Source: a virus. From it: a stretch of 39,929 nucleotides of DNA. A model generated the notes under the pieces. The model saw nothing but the letters and a program-made list of their open reading frames with translations. It ran no database searches and was not told the DNA's origin. The translations under genes and the position numbers were made by a program. Positions 9,261 through 19,700 of the stretch are shown here, piece by piece. Location: IMG/VR virus record IMGVR_UViG_3300006113_000004. One strand, 5' to 3'. Positions within the stretch are counted from its first letter, which is position 1; each line of letters opens with the position of its first letter.

Positions 9261-11972
9261 TTACGCCGGAACCGAAGTAGAGATTGCGTTTTCGTTAGCC
9301 AGCAAATCAAAGAGAGCCTTGACCGCCAAAGCAATATCCCCGTGACCTTGTTGCGTAGGGTGGACCGAGTTTGATGCAGGCTGCAAACCGTCGCTGATCG
9401 CTTGCGAAACCGAACCCCATCGCAGGGAAAGGTCCATTGAAGCAACTTGGGAAAGGTACGAGCTGATCGTGGTGTTGTTTGCCAATGCACCGATAGCCGA
9501 GATGTACGCCGATTGTGCGTAGTACGAAGAAGGCGCGGGGGAGTTGGTGCCGTCAGGGTAACGGCGAGGGCCACCAATAATGATCGCGTCCCACCCAGCA
9601 GCGAGAGGGCCGGTGCCTGGTGCGAGGTCGTTCAATAGATAATGCTGAATGTTGGCCGCAGATGTGGTTGGGGTGTTCCCGCCCGTTGTGGCAGGCACCA
9701 CTCGCGCATAGGTCGAACCTGAAGCGTTAGCGATGGTAGAACCACCCGTGGCCGCGATGGTCGCCGTGGTGGGCGAAAGAACCGCCGTGATCTTGGCCTG
9801 TCCGCCACCGCCAGTAATGCCGGGGCCGGTGATAAGCACGTTGCCGGGGTCGGTCAGGTAGAACGCCGGAAGCGTCAAGGTCGAGCCTGAGATGGAGCCG
9901 GTAAGCCCTGTGCCGGCCGGACCTTGACCTGAGTAGTCGTTCAGTTCCTCGTGGGCGATGATGACAAGGCCCGTTGTCTTGGGAGGTGTGATCGTAAGGG
10001 TGATGCCCGTTTGCGACGTTGGGGCGGGGTTTATAATTGCGTGTGTTGAGTCAATGTATTGGACGAGGGTTGAGTTCGTCGTGACTCCCGTTCCCGACAA
10101 TGCGTATCCTTGGTCGGTCGGGTTGAAGTAACCAGAAGTCAAAGTAATGACGCCGGTGGTCGCAAGGTTCGCCGTCACAGTGCGCGGCTGAGGCCCTTGT
10201 AGCCATTCGTAGGTTGCCCGAATGATGTAGTCCGTGTTGGCGTTGGAGTACGACAAATTCCCAGCGCCGGATTGTCCACCAAGAATTTGTGCGGTAACGG
10301 AACCGGCGACGCTGATGTTGTGGACGTGGACGCCGTTGGTGTCCCCAATCAAATCAAGGCCGGCAATACGGCAGTTGCCTGAAGCGGCGGGGCCGTCAAT
10401 TTCAAACGCTTGGCCCGAAGTCGGAGCCGCGACATAGCCGACAACGTACTTGTTCCCTGCTGAGTAGGTCAGGGGGACGTTGCCACCAGGGGTCGTGTAC
10501 ATCGTAACCGTGCTACCGCCAACCTTGACGGTCGGGATTGTCATGCCCGTGCCGTCCCATTGGATGATGCCGATGTAATTAGTGGGGCTGAAGTAGGTGT
10601 TATTCCAGCCGGAGCTCATCGTTGTTTGGTTGAGACGAATGTACTGCGATGTGGTGAGGGCGATGGTTTGGGCCATAGGGCCATACGCCGCGCCGGCAGT
10701 ACCGTTGTTTTCCAAACGTGGTTCTTGATTGGTGACGAAAATGAAACCTTCGCCGGGGTCGGTCCCAAATTGGGAATTCAAAATCGTGCGAAGTTGCCCC
10801 GCCCAACCCAAATAATTGTCCGAACTAAGGAACGGCAACGGGGTTTGTCCTGAGACAAGTGGGTTGCCTGCGTAGCCGACAAACGAACCTGCCCAATCGC
10901 TAGAACCACCGACGCCACGCCCAACAGAGTTTGACAAAATCACAATGTCAAATCGAGCGCGAGCCGCGCTACCCAACTTGGCGCGTGCGGTCCTCAGCCC
11001 AGCAGCGTTGGAGACGTAATTGCGAAGAAGTTGCGAAGCCGGGATGTCGTCAGAGACAACAACCCAAATGGCCGTTGAGGACTGGTACTGCAAAGTGATG
11101 GCTTGGTTGGGAATATAGATCGTCCCAGAGGTGGCCCCGCCCGTTTTGTTGATTACGTCCGAACCGCCACACGCATAAGTGAGGACGTTGCCGGCCGTAA
11201 TCAGTTTCATCCCAACGCGGGTTTTGTCCGCAGGGGCGGTGGGGAGAGTGACTGTGAACGCGCCGCCCGAAGTGTTGCAGAGAACAAAGTCCTGCGCCGA
11301 GGCGGAGTAGTTGGAAGTCTGCACGGCGGTCGGGACAAGGTTCTGGGCGCGAGCATTGGCCGTGGCTTGGGCGGCGTTTGCGGAAGTTTGAGCAGCGTTG
11401 GCGGCGGTTAAAGCCGTGGCAGCGGAACCGTAGGCGTCAAAGGTGGCAGACGTGACGGAGACGGTGGGGTTGTCCGGCGTGCCCCCAATGGTGATCGTGG
11501 CGTCACCAGCGGTCACCGAAGCAACGGGGCCGACACCACCAGCCATGAGAGCGATAATTTCCTGCTGCATTTGAAGCAACAGCCCTGCCTCAATGCAAGG
11601 GTAGCAATTCAGGGTTTCGGGAGGGTTCGGGGAACCAGCGTGGGTTTGAATGGTGGAGTTTTCCGCCCCACGCCCATTGTTCGTTCCGTCCGTCCACACC
11701 GTCACGACACCCGTGGAAAGGTTCACCGACGAGCAACGGATTTTTTCTTCTTGCTCCGTGCCTGCTTCAAGGATGACCATGAAGGGGCCTGACGTTCCCA
11801 AAGGGTTGCCGGTGGATTGAAGCGTGGTGGGGTCAAGTTCCGTCCAACTTGCCGTGTCGTCCAAGGCGAAAGTCTGACCCGGTGAGTACGAGTTCGGCAG
11901 GCTTGACACCAGCCATGTTTTGTACGCAGCACCCGCAATCGAACGGAGGGTGCTAATGGAAGGAATGGACAT
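9261..11972 (-). CDS. Tail spike / receptor-binding protein with an SGNH (GDSL-like) esterase domain
   Basis: 903 aa. The N-terminal anchor module is shared with the 293-aa fibre. SGNH-like blocks are 'IVILSNSVGRG' (block I-like), 'HEELNDY' (GxND-like) and the C-terminal 'NSVHPTQQGHGDIA' (D/N-x-x-HP..GH, block V-like). Confidence 0.75.
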   Translation of the reverse strand: MSIPSISTLRSIAGAAYKTWLVSSLPNSYSPGQTFALDDTASWTELDPTTLQSTGNPLGTSGPFMVILEAGTEQEEKIRCSSVNLSTGVVTVWTDGTNNGRGAENSTIQTHAGSPNPPETLNCYPCIEAGLLLQMQQEIIALMAGGVGPVASVTAGDATITIGGTPDNPTVSVTSATFDAYGSAATALTAANAAQTSANAAQATANARAQNLVPTAVQTSNYSASAQDFVLCNTSGGAFTVTLPTAPADKTRVGMKLITAGNVLTYACGGSDVINKTGGATSGTIYIPNQAITLQYQSSTAIWVVVSDDIPASQLLRNYVSNAAGLRTARAKLGSAARARFDIVILSNSVGRGVGGSSDWAGSFVGYAGNPLVSGQTPLPFLSSDNYLGWAGQLRTILNSQFGTDPGEGFIFVTNQEPRLENNGTAGAAYGPMAQTIALTTSQYIRLNQTTMSSGWNNTYFSPTNYIGIIQWDGTGMTIPTVKVGGSTVTMYTTPGGNVPLTYSAGNKYVVGYVAAPTSGQAFEIDGPAASGNCRIAGLDLIGDTNGVHVHNISVAGSVTAQILGGQSGAGNLSYSNANTDYIIRATYEWLQGPQPRTVTANLATTGVITLTSGYFNPTDQGYALSGTGVTTNSTLVQYIDSTHAIINPAPTSQTGITLTITPPKTTGLVIIAHEELNDYSGQGPAGTGLTGSISGSTLTLPAFYLTDPGNVLITGPGITGGGGQAKITAVLSPTTATIAATGGSTIANASGSTYARVVPATTGGNTPTTSAANIQHYLLNDLAPGTGPLAAGWDAIIIGGPRRYPDGTNSPAPSSYYAQSAYISAIGALANNTTISSYLSQVASMDLSLRWGSVSQAISDGLQPASNSVHPTQQGHGDIALAVKALFDLLANENAISTSVPA

Positions 11973-11997
11973 TAGCCAGTCTCCGTCTTGCTAGTAG

Positions 11998-12204
11998 TTA
12001 GTCGTCTCCACGAAAAATCGGGGCGGCGTTGGTCCCGTTGGGGATGGGGTCTACGTCTGAGCCAGTCTGCTGAGACTTCGGGTAGCCGTGCTTCCACGTC
12101 CCAATGCCCTTAGCGCGGAAGTCAGGGAAGGATTCACCGTAACCGGCCTTTAGCTGGTCCTCGGTGTTGGAATCTTCCTGAAGGTTGCGGTCGGCTGGCT
12201 TCAT
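11998..12204 (-). CDS. Hypothetical small protein (68 aa), start refined
   Basis: The ATG at 12202-12204 forms an ATGA overlap with the upstream stop at 12201-12203. Confidence 0.6.
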   Translation of the reverse strand: MKPADRNLQEDSNTEDQLKAGYGESFPDFRAKGIGTWKHGYPKSQQTGSDVDPIPNGTNAAPIFRGDD

Positions 12205-12455
12205 TCTTGCATCCCCCAAGGTTGCTTCACGTCATTGGCTGAGCGTGAGGGGCGGTTGCGGATATCGGTCGTGCCGCGAATCTCCAACGGGATTTCCCCC
12301 GCGCCGAGGTTCGTGTTGGCTTCGTGGCCGATGTTCTTGAAATACTGATCGGCGGTCTGGTCCGCGCCCAAGTGCAACTTGTGGTCCACAATGTTCTTGG
12401 TGCCTGCGAGTTCCTCTGCCGTAGCAGGGCGTTCGCCTTCCATGTACCCAGACAT
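12201..12455 (-). CDS. Hypothetical small head/neck-module protein
   Basis: 84-aa ORF coupled to its neighbours. Confidence 0.65.
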   Translation of the reverse strand: MSGYMEGERPATAEELAGTKNIVDHKLHLGADQTADQYFKNIGHEANTNLGAGEIPLEIRGTTDIRNRPSRSANDVKQPWGMQE

Positions 12456-12721
12456 CAGATGCTCCGCTTCAGGTCCACGTTGCCGTCTTGGTCGCCACGG
12501 GCCACAACGCCGTAGGCGGGTCCCATGTCCTTCAGGTCGTGGATGGAACGCTGAAGATGAACCGCACCGTCTTGGTTCGGCTGGTTGATGATATCCGTGT
12601 CCGTCAGTCGGCTGTACTTGCGAGCGACGGCTGCACGGTCGTAGAGTCCGCCCTTGTTCGGGCCTTGCGCGTCCGCGAGGGTACGAGTCTCGCCCTCGCC
12701 GCTAGGAAATGGGTTCGCCAT
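12455..12721 (-). CDS. Hypothetical small head/neck-module protein
   Basis: 88-aa ORF coupled to its neighbours. Confidence 0.65.
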   Translation of the reverse strand: MANPFPSGEGETRTLADAQGPNKGGLYDRAAVARKYSRLTDTDIINQPNQDGAVHLQRSIHDLKDMGPAYGVVARGDQDGNVDLKRSI

Positions 12722-12944
12722 GTTGCTCCTTTAGAGCGTTGTACTTCGCTTCAAGGTCGGTGTATGCCGCCTTCAGTGCATCGTGTTCCCGATTGAGATG
12801 AGCCTGGTACTCATCGTCGTTCAGAGTTCGCTGAAGCGGAGGGACCTGACGGCCTTGCGCTGTGGTGGATTCGCCGCAGGTCAGACAGTTGTACTTGTCA
12901 AGACCGCTTTGAACTTCCGTACTTCCACAGTGGGCGCAGCGCAT
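12702..12944 (-). CDS. Zinc-ribbon plus coiled-coil protein
   Basis: 80 aa. 'CAHCGS...CLTCGE' gives two CxxC pairs, followed by a helical C-terminus. It lies directly downstream of the capsid gene. Confidence 0.65.
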   Translation of the reverse strand: MRCAHCGSTEVQSGLDKYNCLTCGESTTAQGRQVPPLQRTLNDDEYQAHLNREHDALKAAYTDLEAKYNALKEQHGEPIS

Positions 12945-12971
12945 CAGGCCCCTCCTTTTCAGTTAGTTGAA

Positions 12972-14213
12972 CTACTCGTCAATCGGGGCGAGTTCAGCGT
13001 CCGTGTAGGAGAGGCTGGACTTCGAGATGACCGCACGCAGCGCCGGGGCACGGAAGCCGCCGTAACCGAGCAGGGCCTTCCAACCGACAGGCTGGAAACG
13101 ACGCAGGGTGTCAACGACCGGACCCATGACGACCGTAGGCATTTCGCCGTAGCCGTTGGACGCGGCGTATGCCTTGGCAAGTGCCTGACGGCCAACCACG
13201 AAGGACACGAACACATCGTTCGAGATGCCCGACGCAATCTGGTCCGAAGGAACCGTACCGGCAACCGTGGCCGTACCCGAACCCGACACCGTTCCCGACG
13301 AGGAAATGGTGATCGTACCCGTACCAGCCGAGGCGTTGACCGTGGCGATGGTGGCCGTACCAGCCGACAGCGTGGCGGTTCCCATCGTCAAAGCCGAACC
13401 AACGGTCGGAGGCAAGCCAGCCGTGAAGGTGAAGTTCAAGCTGGAAGCCGTCAAGTTCACAGTCGTGGTGGCGTTCGGGAACACCGGAGCGCGAGGCGTT
13501 TCGATGAACCGGATACCTTCAAACGCACCCATTTCACCCGACCAGATGTTTTCCGGCGTGGTGTAAATCTGGGGCAGACGCCAACCGGCAGTACCCGTGT
13601 CCTGCTGAACGTCGAACACAACGTCAGGGTGGACGAAGGCGACGTAGAAGCCACCCTCATACGGGACCACGTTGGCCGAACGCAAGCGCGCACGCTCCTT
13701 GGCGAAGTCACCACCAACGGCGGTGGCAGGCGTACCGGAGAATGAACCCGGCGAACCAGCGGTCCACACCAATGAACCCGAACCCGCGTTGTCCCAGTAC
13801 TGCTTGCCGTTGGCGAGCAACGCATCGCGCAGCGTGTTTCGGGCAACCGAGTCAATGGACGCACCAGCGTTGTAGCCGATGTTGTTTGCCACAATGGGGT
13901 CAATTTCCACGAACGATTCAGCGCGGAGCTTGGCGGTCGTGGTGGCGACGTTTCCATATTCACCAAGGGTCACGGTCACGGTGGAGTCGCTAAGGGCGAC
14001 CGGCGTGAGGTCCGTGGTTTCCGAGATGGTGGAGGTAGCCAGCGCCATGTCGTTCATGATGGTGAACTGCACGGACGAGCCGGGGTAGGACTGGTACGCA
14101 GGCTTCACGTCCGCAACTGAGTCGAAGAACAACTCAGGGCGAAGCGGGAAGTAGGCCATCTGCTCGAAAGCCTTTTGCGTGAAGTCAAGAGATGACACCT
14201 GAGTAAGCGCCAC
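12972..14213 (-). CDS. Major capsid protein
   Basis: 413 aa. GTG start with an AAAGGAA SD. It follows a scaffold-like coiled-coil gene. It has a Thr/Ser/Gly/Ala-rich insertion ('TTTVNLTASSLNFTFTAG...TATVAGTVP'). The call rests on position, size and composition. Confidence 0.8.
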   Translation of the reverse strand: MALTQVSSLDFTQKAFEQMAYFPLRPELFFDSVADVKPAYQSYPGSSVQFTIMNDMALATSTISETTDLTPVALSDSTVTVTLGEYGNVATTTAKLRAESFVEIDPIVANNIGYNAGASIDSVARNTLRDALLANGKQYWDNAGSGSLVWTAGSPGSFSGTPATAVGGDFAKERARLRSANVVPYEGGFYVAFVHPDVVFDVQQDTGTAGWRLPQIYTTPENIWSGEMGAFEGIRFIETPRAPVFPNATTTVNLTASSLNFTFTAGLPPTVGSALTMGTATLSAGTATIATVNASAGTGTITISSSGTVSGSGTATVAGTVPSDQIASGISNDVFVSFVVGRQALAKAYAASNGYGEMPTVVMGPVVDTLRRFQPVGWKALLGYGGFRAPALRAVISKSSLSYTDAELAPIDE

Positions 14214-14234
14214 AGCAATTCCTTTCGGGTTGTA

Positions 14235-14255
14235 CTCAGGTCACCTTGACCTGAG
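14235..14255 (-). promoter_or_regulatory. Intercistronic hairpin between the scaffold and capsid genes
   Basis: CTCAGGTCA-cct-TGACCTGAG has perfect 9-nt arms. It lies between the scaffold stop (14258) and the capsid start (14213). Confidence 0.35.
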
Positions 14256-14257
14256 GG

Positions 14258-14764
14258 TTACTGAACCTGCCCGTCGTATGCAACGCCAGGAATCAGGTTC
14301 TTGTCTGCAACTTCTCGAACAATCGCCATGACTTCCTCTTGGCTCTGCGCCTTCTCCATTCGTGCGTAAGCGTCTGCAACGGGGTCAATGGATTGACCTG
14401 CTGAAGAACTGACCGCACCTTGCAAAAGACGTAGTGATTCCAATGAAGGGTCTGCTTGCGGAGTCGGTGCCGGAGTTGGGGCCGGAGGCGTTCCGAGGGT
14501 CAGGCCGTATTGCGTTTTCAACGCTTCGACCTTTTCCGGTGTCGGTTCGCCTTCGATCAACTTTCGGATGAGAGCGCCTTGACCATCTTCGGGAACTCCC
14601 AAGCGGTCAAAAGCACGGGCGTTTTCAACCTGTGCAAGTTGCAGCTTCAGAGCCTCGGATTCGGCCTTGATTCTCTCGGCTTCCTTCAACTGGTCACGAA
14701 TCCCTTGGGATTTAATGACTTCATCTACGGAAACTTCGTTACCGTTTTCGTCAAACAGTGGCAT
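14258..14764 (-). CDS. Scaffolding protein, start refined to MPLFDENG
   Basis: Charged, helical and Ala/Glu/Gln-rich ('LKEAERIKAESEALKLQLAQVENA'). It lies immediately upstream of the capsid gene. A GGAG sits 8 nt before the ATG at 14764. Confidence 0.7.
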   Translation of the reverse strand: MPLFDENGNEVSVDEVIKSQGIRDQLKEAERIKAESEALKLQLAQVENARAFDRLGVPEDGQGALIRKLIEGEPTPEKVEALKTQYGLTLGTPPAPTPAPTPQADPSLESLRLLQGAVSSSAGQSIDPVADAYARMEKAQSQEEVMAIVREVADKNLIPGVAYDGQVQ

Positions 14765-14875
14765 GGTGATCGCTCCAATTCGTGTACGCACTCAGGCAAC
14801 GGAGGGCTGCAAGGTGGATGGGGTGCGGAAAGTCCGCGTTACTTCGGGGCCGGTTTCAGCACGCCCGATGCGTTC

Positions 14876-14904
14876 ATACTAGATGATGGTGTAAACAAAA
14901 GCAA
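14876..14904 (-). promoter_or_regulatory. Candidate late promoter, TTGCTT-17-TAGTAT on the minus strand
   Basis: Read on the minus strand, the -35 TTGCTT is at 14899-14904, the spacer is 17 nt, and the -10 TAGTAT is at 14876-14881. It sits in the 160-nt gap upstream of scaffold/capsid and directly follows an AT-rich hairpin. Confidence 0.4.
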
Positions 14905-14923
14905 ACGTTTTGCAAACTTTTGT

Positions 14924-16243
14924 TTATGACGTGGCCCCGCCAACGCCGGTCACGCCCTTTTGGGTCTGGTCGTAACCTCCGCCCTTTTGATCTATCCCAG
15001 CGCGAGCCGACGATGCTTTGTCCACGGCTTCCTGCGCGGCAAGTTGGTTGGTGCCGTCAAACCCTGCAATCTGAGAACCGATCAGGCTTTTCACGTCAAC
15101 CCCTGGAAGATTGGCCCCCGGCGCACCCGAACCTTGCAATTCAGCCCCCTTGGACGCAGAGAGCAAGGAGTTCTCAATGCCTGTCGTGGACGCGGCAAGC
15201 CCTTGGTTGCCTGCTGTGGCCCCTAAACGGGCGCGTGAGGCGAGTTCTTGGGCTTGGGCTTGGGTGAGTCCATTGAGCCCCACTTGCTGCGCGTAGCCCC
15301 CAATGTCGGCGGCGGCGATTTCTCGCTGCAACAACGGGAGTGCCTTGGTGGGATTCAACCAGTAGGCGGTCATCTGCGCGGGTCCGACGCCGTAATACTT
15401 TTGCAACAAAGCCTTGGCTTCGGGCGAAGCGTTCTGGGCCGCAACGTAACCGTCCGTCAAACGCTGCTGAAATTCAGCCGCCGAGACATTTCCCTTGATG
15501 AGATTGGAGATTGTCGTCTTGTCAAGAAATCCCTTGGGCAAGCCATACTGATTGCCGATTCCTTGATAGCCCTGAACAAGTTGCTGGTACTGCGCTTCGG
15601 TCAAGTGTTCCGAGCCTGCCCCGTTGGTGGCGTTGTGTTCCGTCAAGCCGGGGAAGGCGTTTTCGTATTCTTGGTGCTGGGGGCCTTTGCCGTAACGGAG
15701 CTCGTTAAGGATTGTCTGAGCCGTCGCGCCGTGGTTGAAAATCTGATCCTGCGCCCACGGCATGAGGTTCCCAAGGCCCCACTGGTCAAAGGCGTTCTGA
15801 ACCGTATCGTAGGCCGACCCGATGCGGTTGGCCGTCAAAGTTTGGGAAAGAACCCCGTTGGCCCCTACGGTTGCGGTGTCCTTGGTGCCGGTGCTGTAGC
15901 CGACTTCTGCTGGCTGGACGGCGGCAAGGTTGCCTTTGAGGGCAGGGACGCGCCCAAGGTCGTACAACTTTTCGATAGCCGACTTAACCGACTTGGCCGA
16001 ACCGTTGGGGTCAATCCCGTAGTGGGCGAGAAAGTTCTGGTAGTAGGCAGGGTCAATGACTGACCATGTATCCACCATGTCGTAGAACTTGGCGGCTGAA
16101 GGTGCGTTGCCTGCAAAGTTGTTGGTGGTGACGGGTGCGCCGTTGAGGTTGGATTTGACGCCGGGGAATGACGGAAGCGTGAAGATGTTGGTCCCCGCGC
16201 TGCCCGGATTGAAACCGGGGAGAACCGTAGTTGGTGTACTCAT
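14924..16243 (-). CDS. Hypothetical virion protein (439 aa)
   Basis: Long ORF in the head/internal-protein block, with an ATGA overlap to the upstream gene. No motif recognised. Confidence 0.7.
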   Translation of the reverse strand: MSTPTTVLPGFNPGSAGTNIFTLPSFPGVKSNLNGAPVTTNNFAGNAPSAAKFYDMVDTWSVIDPAYYQNFLAHYGIDPNGSAKSVKSAIEKLYDLGRVPALKGNLAAVQPAEVGYSTGTKDTATVGANGVLSQTLTANRIGSAYDTVQNAFDQWGLGNLMPWAQDQIFNHGATAQTILNELRYGKGPQHQEYENAFPGLTEHNATNGAGSEHLTEAQYQQLVQGYQGIGNQYGLPKGFLDKTTISNLIKGNVSAAEFQQRLTDGYVAAQNASPEAKALLQKYYGVGPAQMTAYWLNPTKALPLLQREIAAADIGGYAQQVGLNGLTQAQAQELASRARLGATAGNQGLAASTTGIENSLLSASKGAELQGSGAPGANLPGVDVKSLIGSQIAGFDGTNQLAAQEAVDKASSARAGIDQKGGGYDQTQKGVTGVGGATS

Positions 16244-16725
16244 GGCTTGCCTCCCATGTGGATATGAAACTCACGCGCAAAGTTGTCCGCGATTTGGTGT
16301 GCCATTTCGGTTTTGTCCCAGCCGTAACCGGAGTGCGAGCGAATGTGTGAACGCCATTCGTCGTGGGTCATGGGAACGGCGCGGCCCTTCTCGTCCCTGC
16401 CGCCTGAGATTGCCTTGCGGTCCTTCTCGTCGCCGTGGGGGTCAAATGTTGAATCCGGCCCCAGCATTTGCTTTTTGATTTCCGCGTAGGGCTGAGCGAT
16501 GTGCGCCGTGGCGATGCCGTTGTCAATGTGTTCGGCCCATTGAGGGAATAAAGCCTTGGACTGTTCCTTGAAGTAGTGGAGAACGGCCTCGTGCTTCGGG
16601 GGCTCTCCGTCTGGGTTGGCGATCTTGTGGGCCGTGTCGTCTGACGTGGGGACCATGTAATCGTGCGCCATCTGCTTGACGGTTTTGGTGTCAAGCACTT
16701 TTTCTTCGGTCTTGGGTTCGGTCAT
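16240..16725 (-). CDS. Hypothetical virion-module protein (161 aa), start refined
   Basis: The ATG at 16723-16725 overlaps the TGA (16722-16724) of the 2010-aa gene. An AAGGCGGG SD lies upstream. Confidence 0.7.
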   Translation of the reverse strand: MTEPKTEEKVLDTKTVKQMAHDYMVPTSDDTAHKIANPDGEPPKHEAVLHYFKEQSKALFPQWAEHIDNGIATAHIAQPYAEIKKQMLGPDSTFDPHGDEKDRKAISGGRDEKGRAVPMTHDEWRSHIRSHSGYGWDKTEMAHQIADNFAREFHIHMGGKP

Positions 16726-19700
16726 AATCCCGCCTTGGTTCCTAGACGCCGCATAACGGACGTGATGAAATAAGCCGCTGGTTTGGCTTCGGGGCTTTGC
16801 GCCAAATTGGTGCAGTAGTCGTACCACTCAGGGCGAAGGTTGCCTGCTTCGGCAGGGGTGGCGGTCTGTAGCAACTGTTGGAATTGCTCGGTGTAGTTCA
16901 CCAACTGCGCGTACATGGCCTTGTTGCCGCCGAACAACGGGGTTGCCTTGGGGTCATTCAGCATGGCCTTCACGTTGTCAAAGGCTTGGAACGCCACCGA
17001 ACTCTTTGCCGTGGGGTTGATGACGCTTCCGTACTGGCCCCACGTTGGGTTCGATTGTTTGGCGTAGGTCTGGGCCATTGTGGTCAGACTCTTTTGGCCC
17101 TCGTATGACAAACCAATGGTGCCGTCAGAGTAGGTCTGCGAGCCACCAGGAGCGTCCATCGCCATCGGGCGCAGGTAGTTGTAGTAGTAGTCGTCGCCAA
17201 TGGACGTGAGAATGGAGCGCAGGTATTCTTCTGGGGTGTCGAGGGTGCGAAGGCCCATCGAGGTTTCCAACTGATACGCCGCCGACGAGTATTGGCCGGT
17301 CTGGGGAATCAACATCGCTGAGCCGTAGGGGTATTTCTGGACCACGCCACGGTACTGCGTGAGGAAACTCAACGCGGCGGTGGTTTCGGGGTAAGACTCG
17401 TAACTCCCACTTGTCTTGGTCACAAGGTCAAGCAGGTGATCGGGGTGCTGCTGGGCGAACAAGTCCAACCCCTCAGACACGGTGTACTTGGGCGAGCCGT
17501 CCTTGTTTTTCTGGTTCAAAATCGCCTGCAACTTGGGTTCTTGGCTGAACCGTTCCATCGTGGAAATCGCCACGGGGGAAGAAGCGTTGACCGCCGACTT
17601 CAGAATGTAGAGAGCAAGGGCTTGGCTGTGCATGGCGTCAAGAAACTTCTGGGCCTCGGCTGAATTGGTTTCACCTTGGAAGAAGTTGACAAACTTGGCG
17701 TCGGCGTTAGCGCGAATCAACTGGACCAACTGCGACTGAGGAATCCCTTGGTTGATGTAGGTCTGCGCGTCCTTGGCGTATTCCTCGTCGTACATCTTGG
17801 CGTACAGTTCGGAGAGCGTGGACTTCATAACGCTGAGCTGCGTGGACAACAAAGCCGTGTTGGTCTTTAACGGAGACTCCGCGATGGTGAAAAGTGCGCG
17901 GGCGGTGCTGTTGGGAACAACGTCGTCCCAAATGGAAGTTTGCGAGCCAACGGGTCCGAGAAAGTCTCGATACACCTTGTCAACAAATTCGTTGTTTTGA
18001 AAGAAATGTTCGTGGGCGAACTTCAACGGAATGTCAACAACCGGCCCAAACGAAGGACGGGCGAACGTGCCGAACATATCGGTTCCCGTCGAGGACCCCG
18101 TAGGCACAACGGTGTTAATGGACGTAGGGGACGCTGCCAATCCAATGTCAGGCACCACGCCGTTGAAGCCAAAAATCTTCCCCACCACTCCCGTGAGGTA
18201 GGTGGAACCTGGAATGTACAACGAGGGGGTCTGGCCGTTCTGCGTGTGGCCCGCGACGTAATTGGTCAGCGCGAGGCACATCTTCATGTAGCGTTCCGCC
18301 GCCGCTGGGTTGTCTCCGAGCAGACGGAAAAACCTGCGGTATGCCTGATTCTGAGCGAAGTAGAACGGAGCCGCCACGCGCATATTGCGCTCAAACACCA
18401 ACTTGTCTTTGGGGTTGTGGACAAACTGGCTCATGTTCATTACGGCCTTGTATTCAGCCTCGGCCTCGGCCTGCTCGCGTGAGATAACCCCCGCCGCGAT
18501 CATGGGTTCCCTGAGTTCCATTTGGACGTGAAACTCGTGCGCCCAAATCGGGTCGCGTGAGAGGTTGTTGACAATCGGCCCCAAGATTCGCTCATGGCCG
18601 TAACGGGAAATGTCCTGAATGAGATTGGTGCGCGTGCCTGCTTGCAAAGCGTGGTACGCCTCAAACCCACGAGTAGGAATGTTGACCGGCGCGGTGTCGC
18701 CCATAGCCTTGACTTCTTCCGCGATGGACTGGACCGACTTCACGTTGTCAACATTGGTGGTCTGGCGAATCAAGGTGCCGTGGAAAACGGGCTTAGAGAT
18801 TCCCTCAGCGTCACGGACGGGGGAAAACCCTGAAACGTGGTGAATGGAGTCGTAGGCAAGTGCTTCCGCCCAACCCTTGATCGGGTCCGTTTCGCCTTCG
18901 CGCAACAACGTAAGTTCGGAGCGACGGTAGGCGGCTAGTTCGGACGGCGTGAGGCTGCGAAGTTTGTTCTCCGCGATGCCCTGAAGTTCCGCCATGAGCA
19001 ACTGCTTTTCGGCCTGCGAATTCAACGTCTTGGCACCAAGCCCAAGTACGAATTCTTCCAACGCGCCAGAAGGCTTCTTTTCTTGCAGCAAGTCACGGGT
19101 GAGTTTGCGGAATGAGAACTTGGGGTCTTTTTGCAACAACTCCGTCAGATTCGGGAGCCCCTTGTAATATTGCTCAACGTGCTTCGTCGCGGCGTTCAAC
19201 ATCTTGTCGGGGTTGGTGTTTAAGCCCTTTTCGATTTCGTCCAAGCCTCGGTTGAGGGTCTTGTCGTAGATGTGGGAGTAGAGGGGGGCTTTCAGCTCAC
19301 TTGTTCCCTGACGCAACAAAGCGTCACGCAACCCTGCAACGTAGCCGTTCTGCCCCAACGAGACGGGAACGTACTGGCCGGTGCGCGAAGCTTTGAGAAT
19401 CCCAATACGCCCTGACGGGTCAATGTCAACGTACTTGTCCGCGATGCGCTGGTTGAGAAGTCCAGGGTCGTAGATCGCACCTTCGACTTGGTGAACGTCC
19501 ATCGGCATATAACCCTTGTGACGCATGACCGTGGAAACCGTGTGGTCAATCATTCGCAAGCGCTCGGCCTCGTTGTAGCCTTCCAAAAGCCTTTCTTCAA
19601 TTCCCAAAAGAGAACCGGCCACAATGTCGCGCACTACGCGAACGGCACGGGCTTTAAGGTTGTTGGACTTGATAAGCAGGCTGGCGTTTTCGGGGATATC

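Noticed and set aside
12783-13745. 320-aa plus-strand ORF opposite the capsid gene
   Set aside because: It is a shadow ORF with extreme Arg/Gly/Thr content ('RTRTRHRSRRGNGDRTRTSRG'). The capsid frame on the minus strand is far more protein-like.
15248-16063. 271-aa plus-strand ORF opposite the 439-aa virion gene
   Set aside because: Same reasoning as the other shadow ORFs: it is an antisense frame with low-complexity Gly/Val/Leu/Arg composition.
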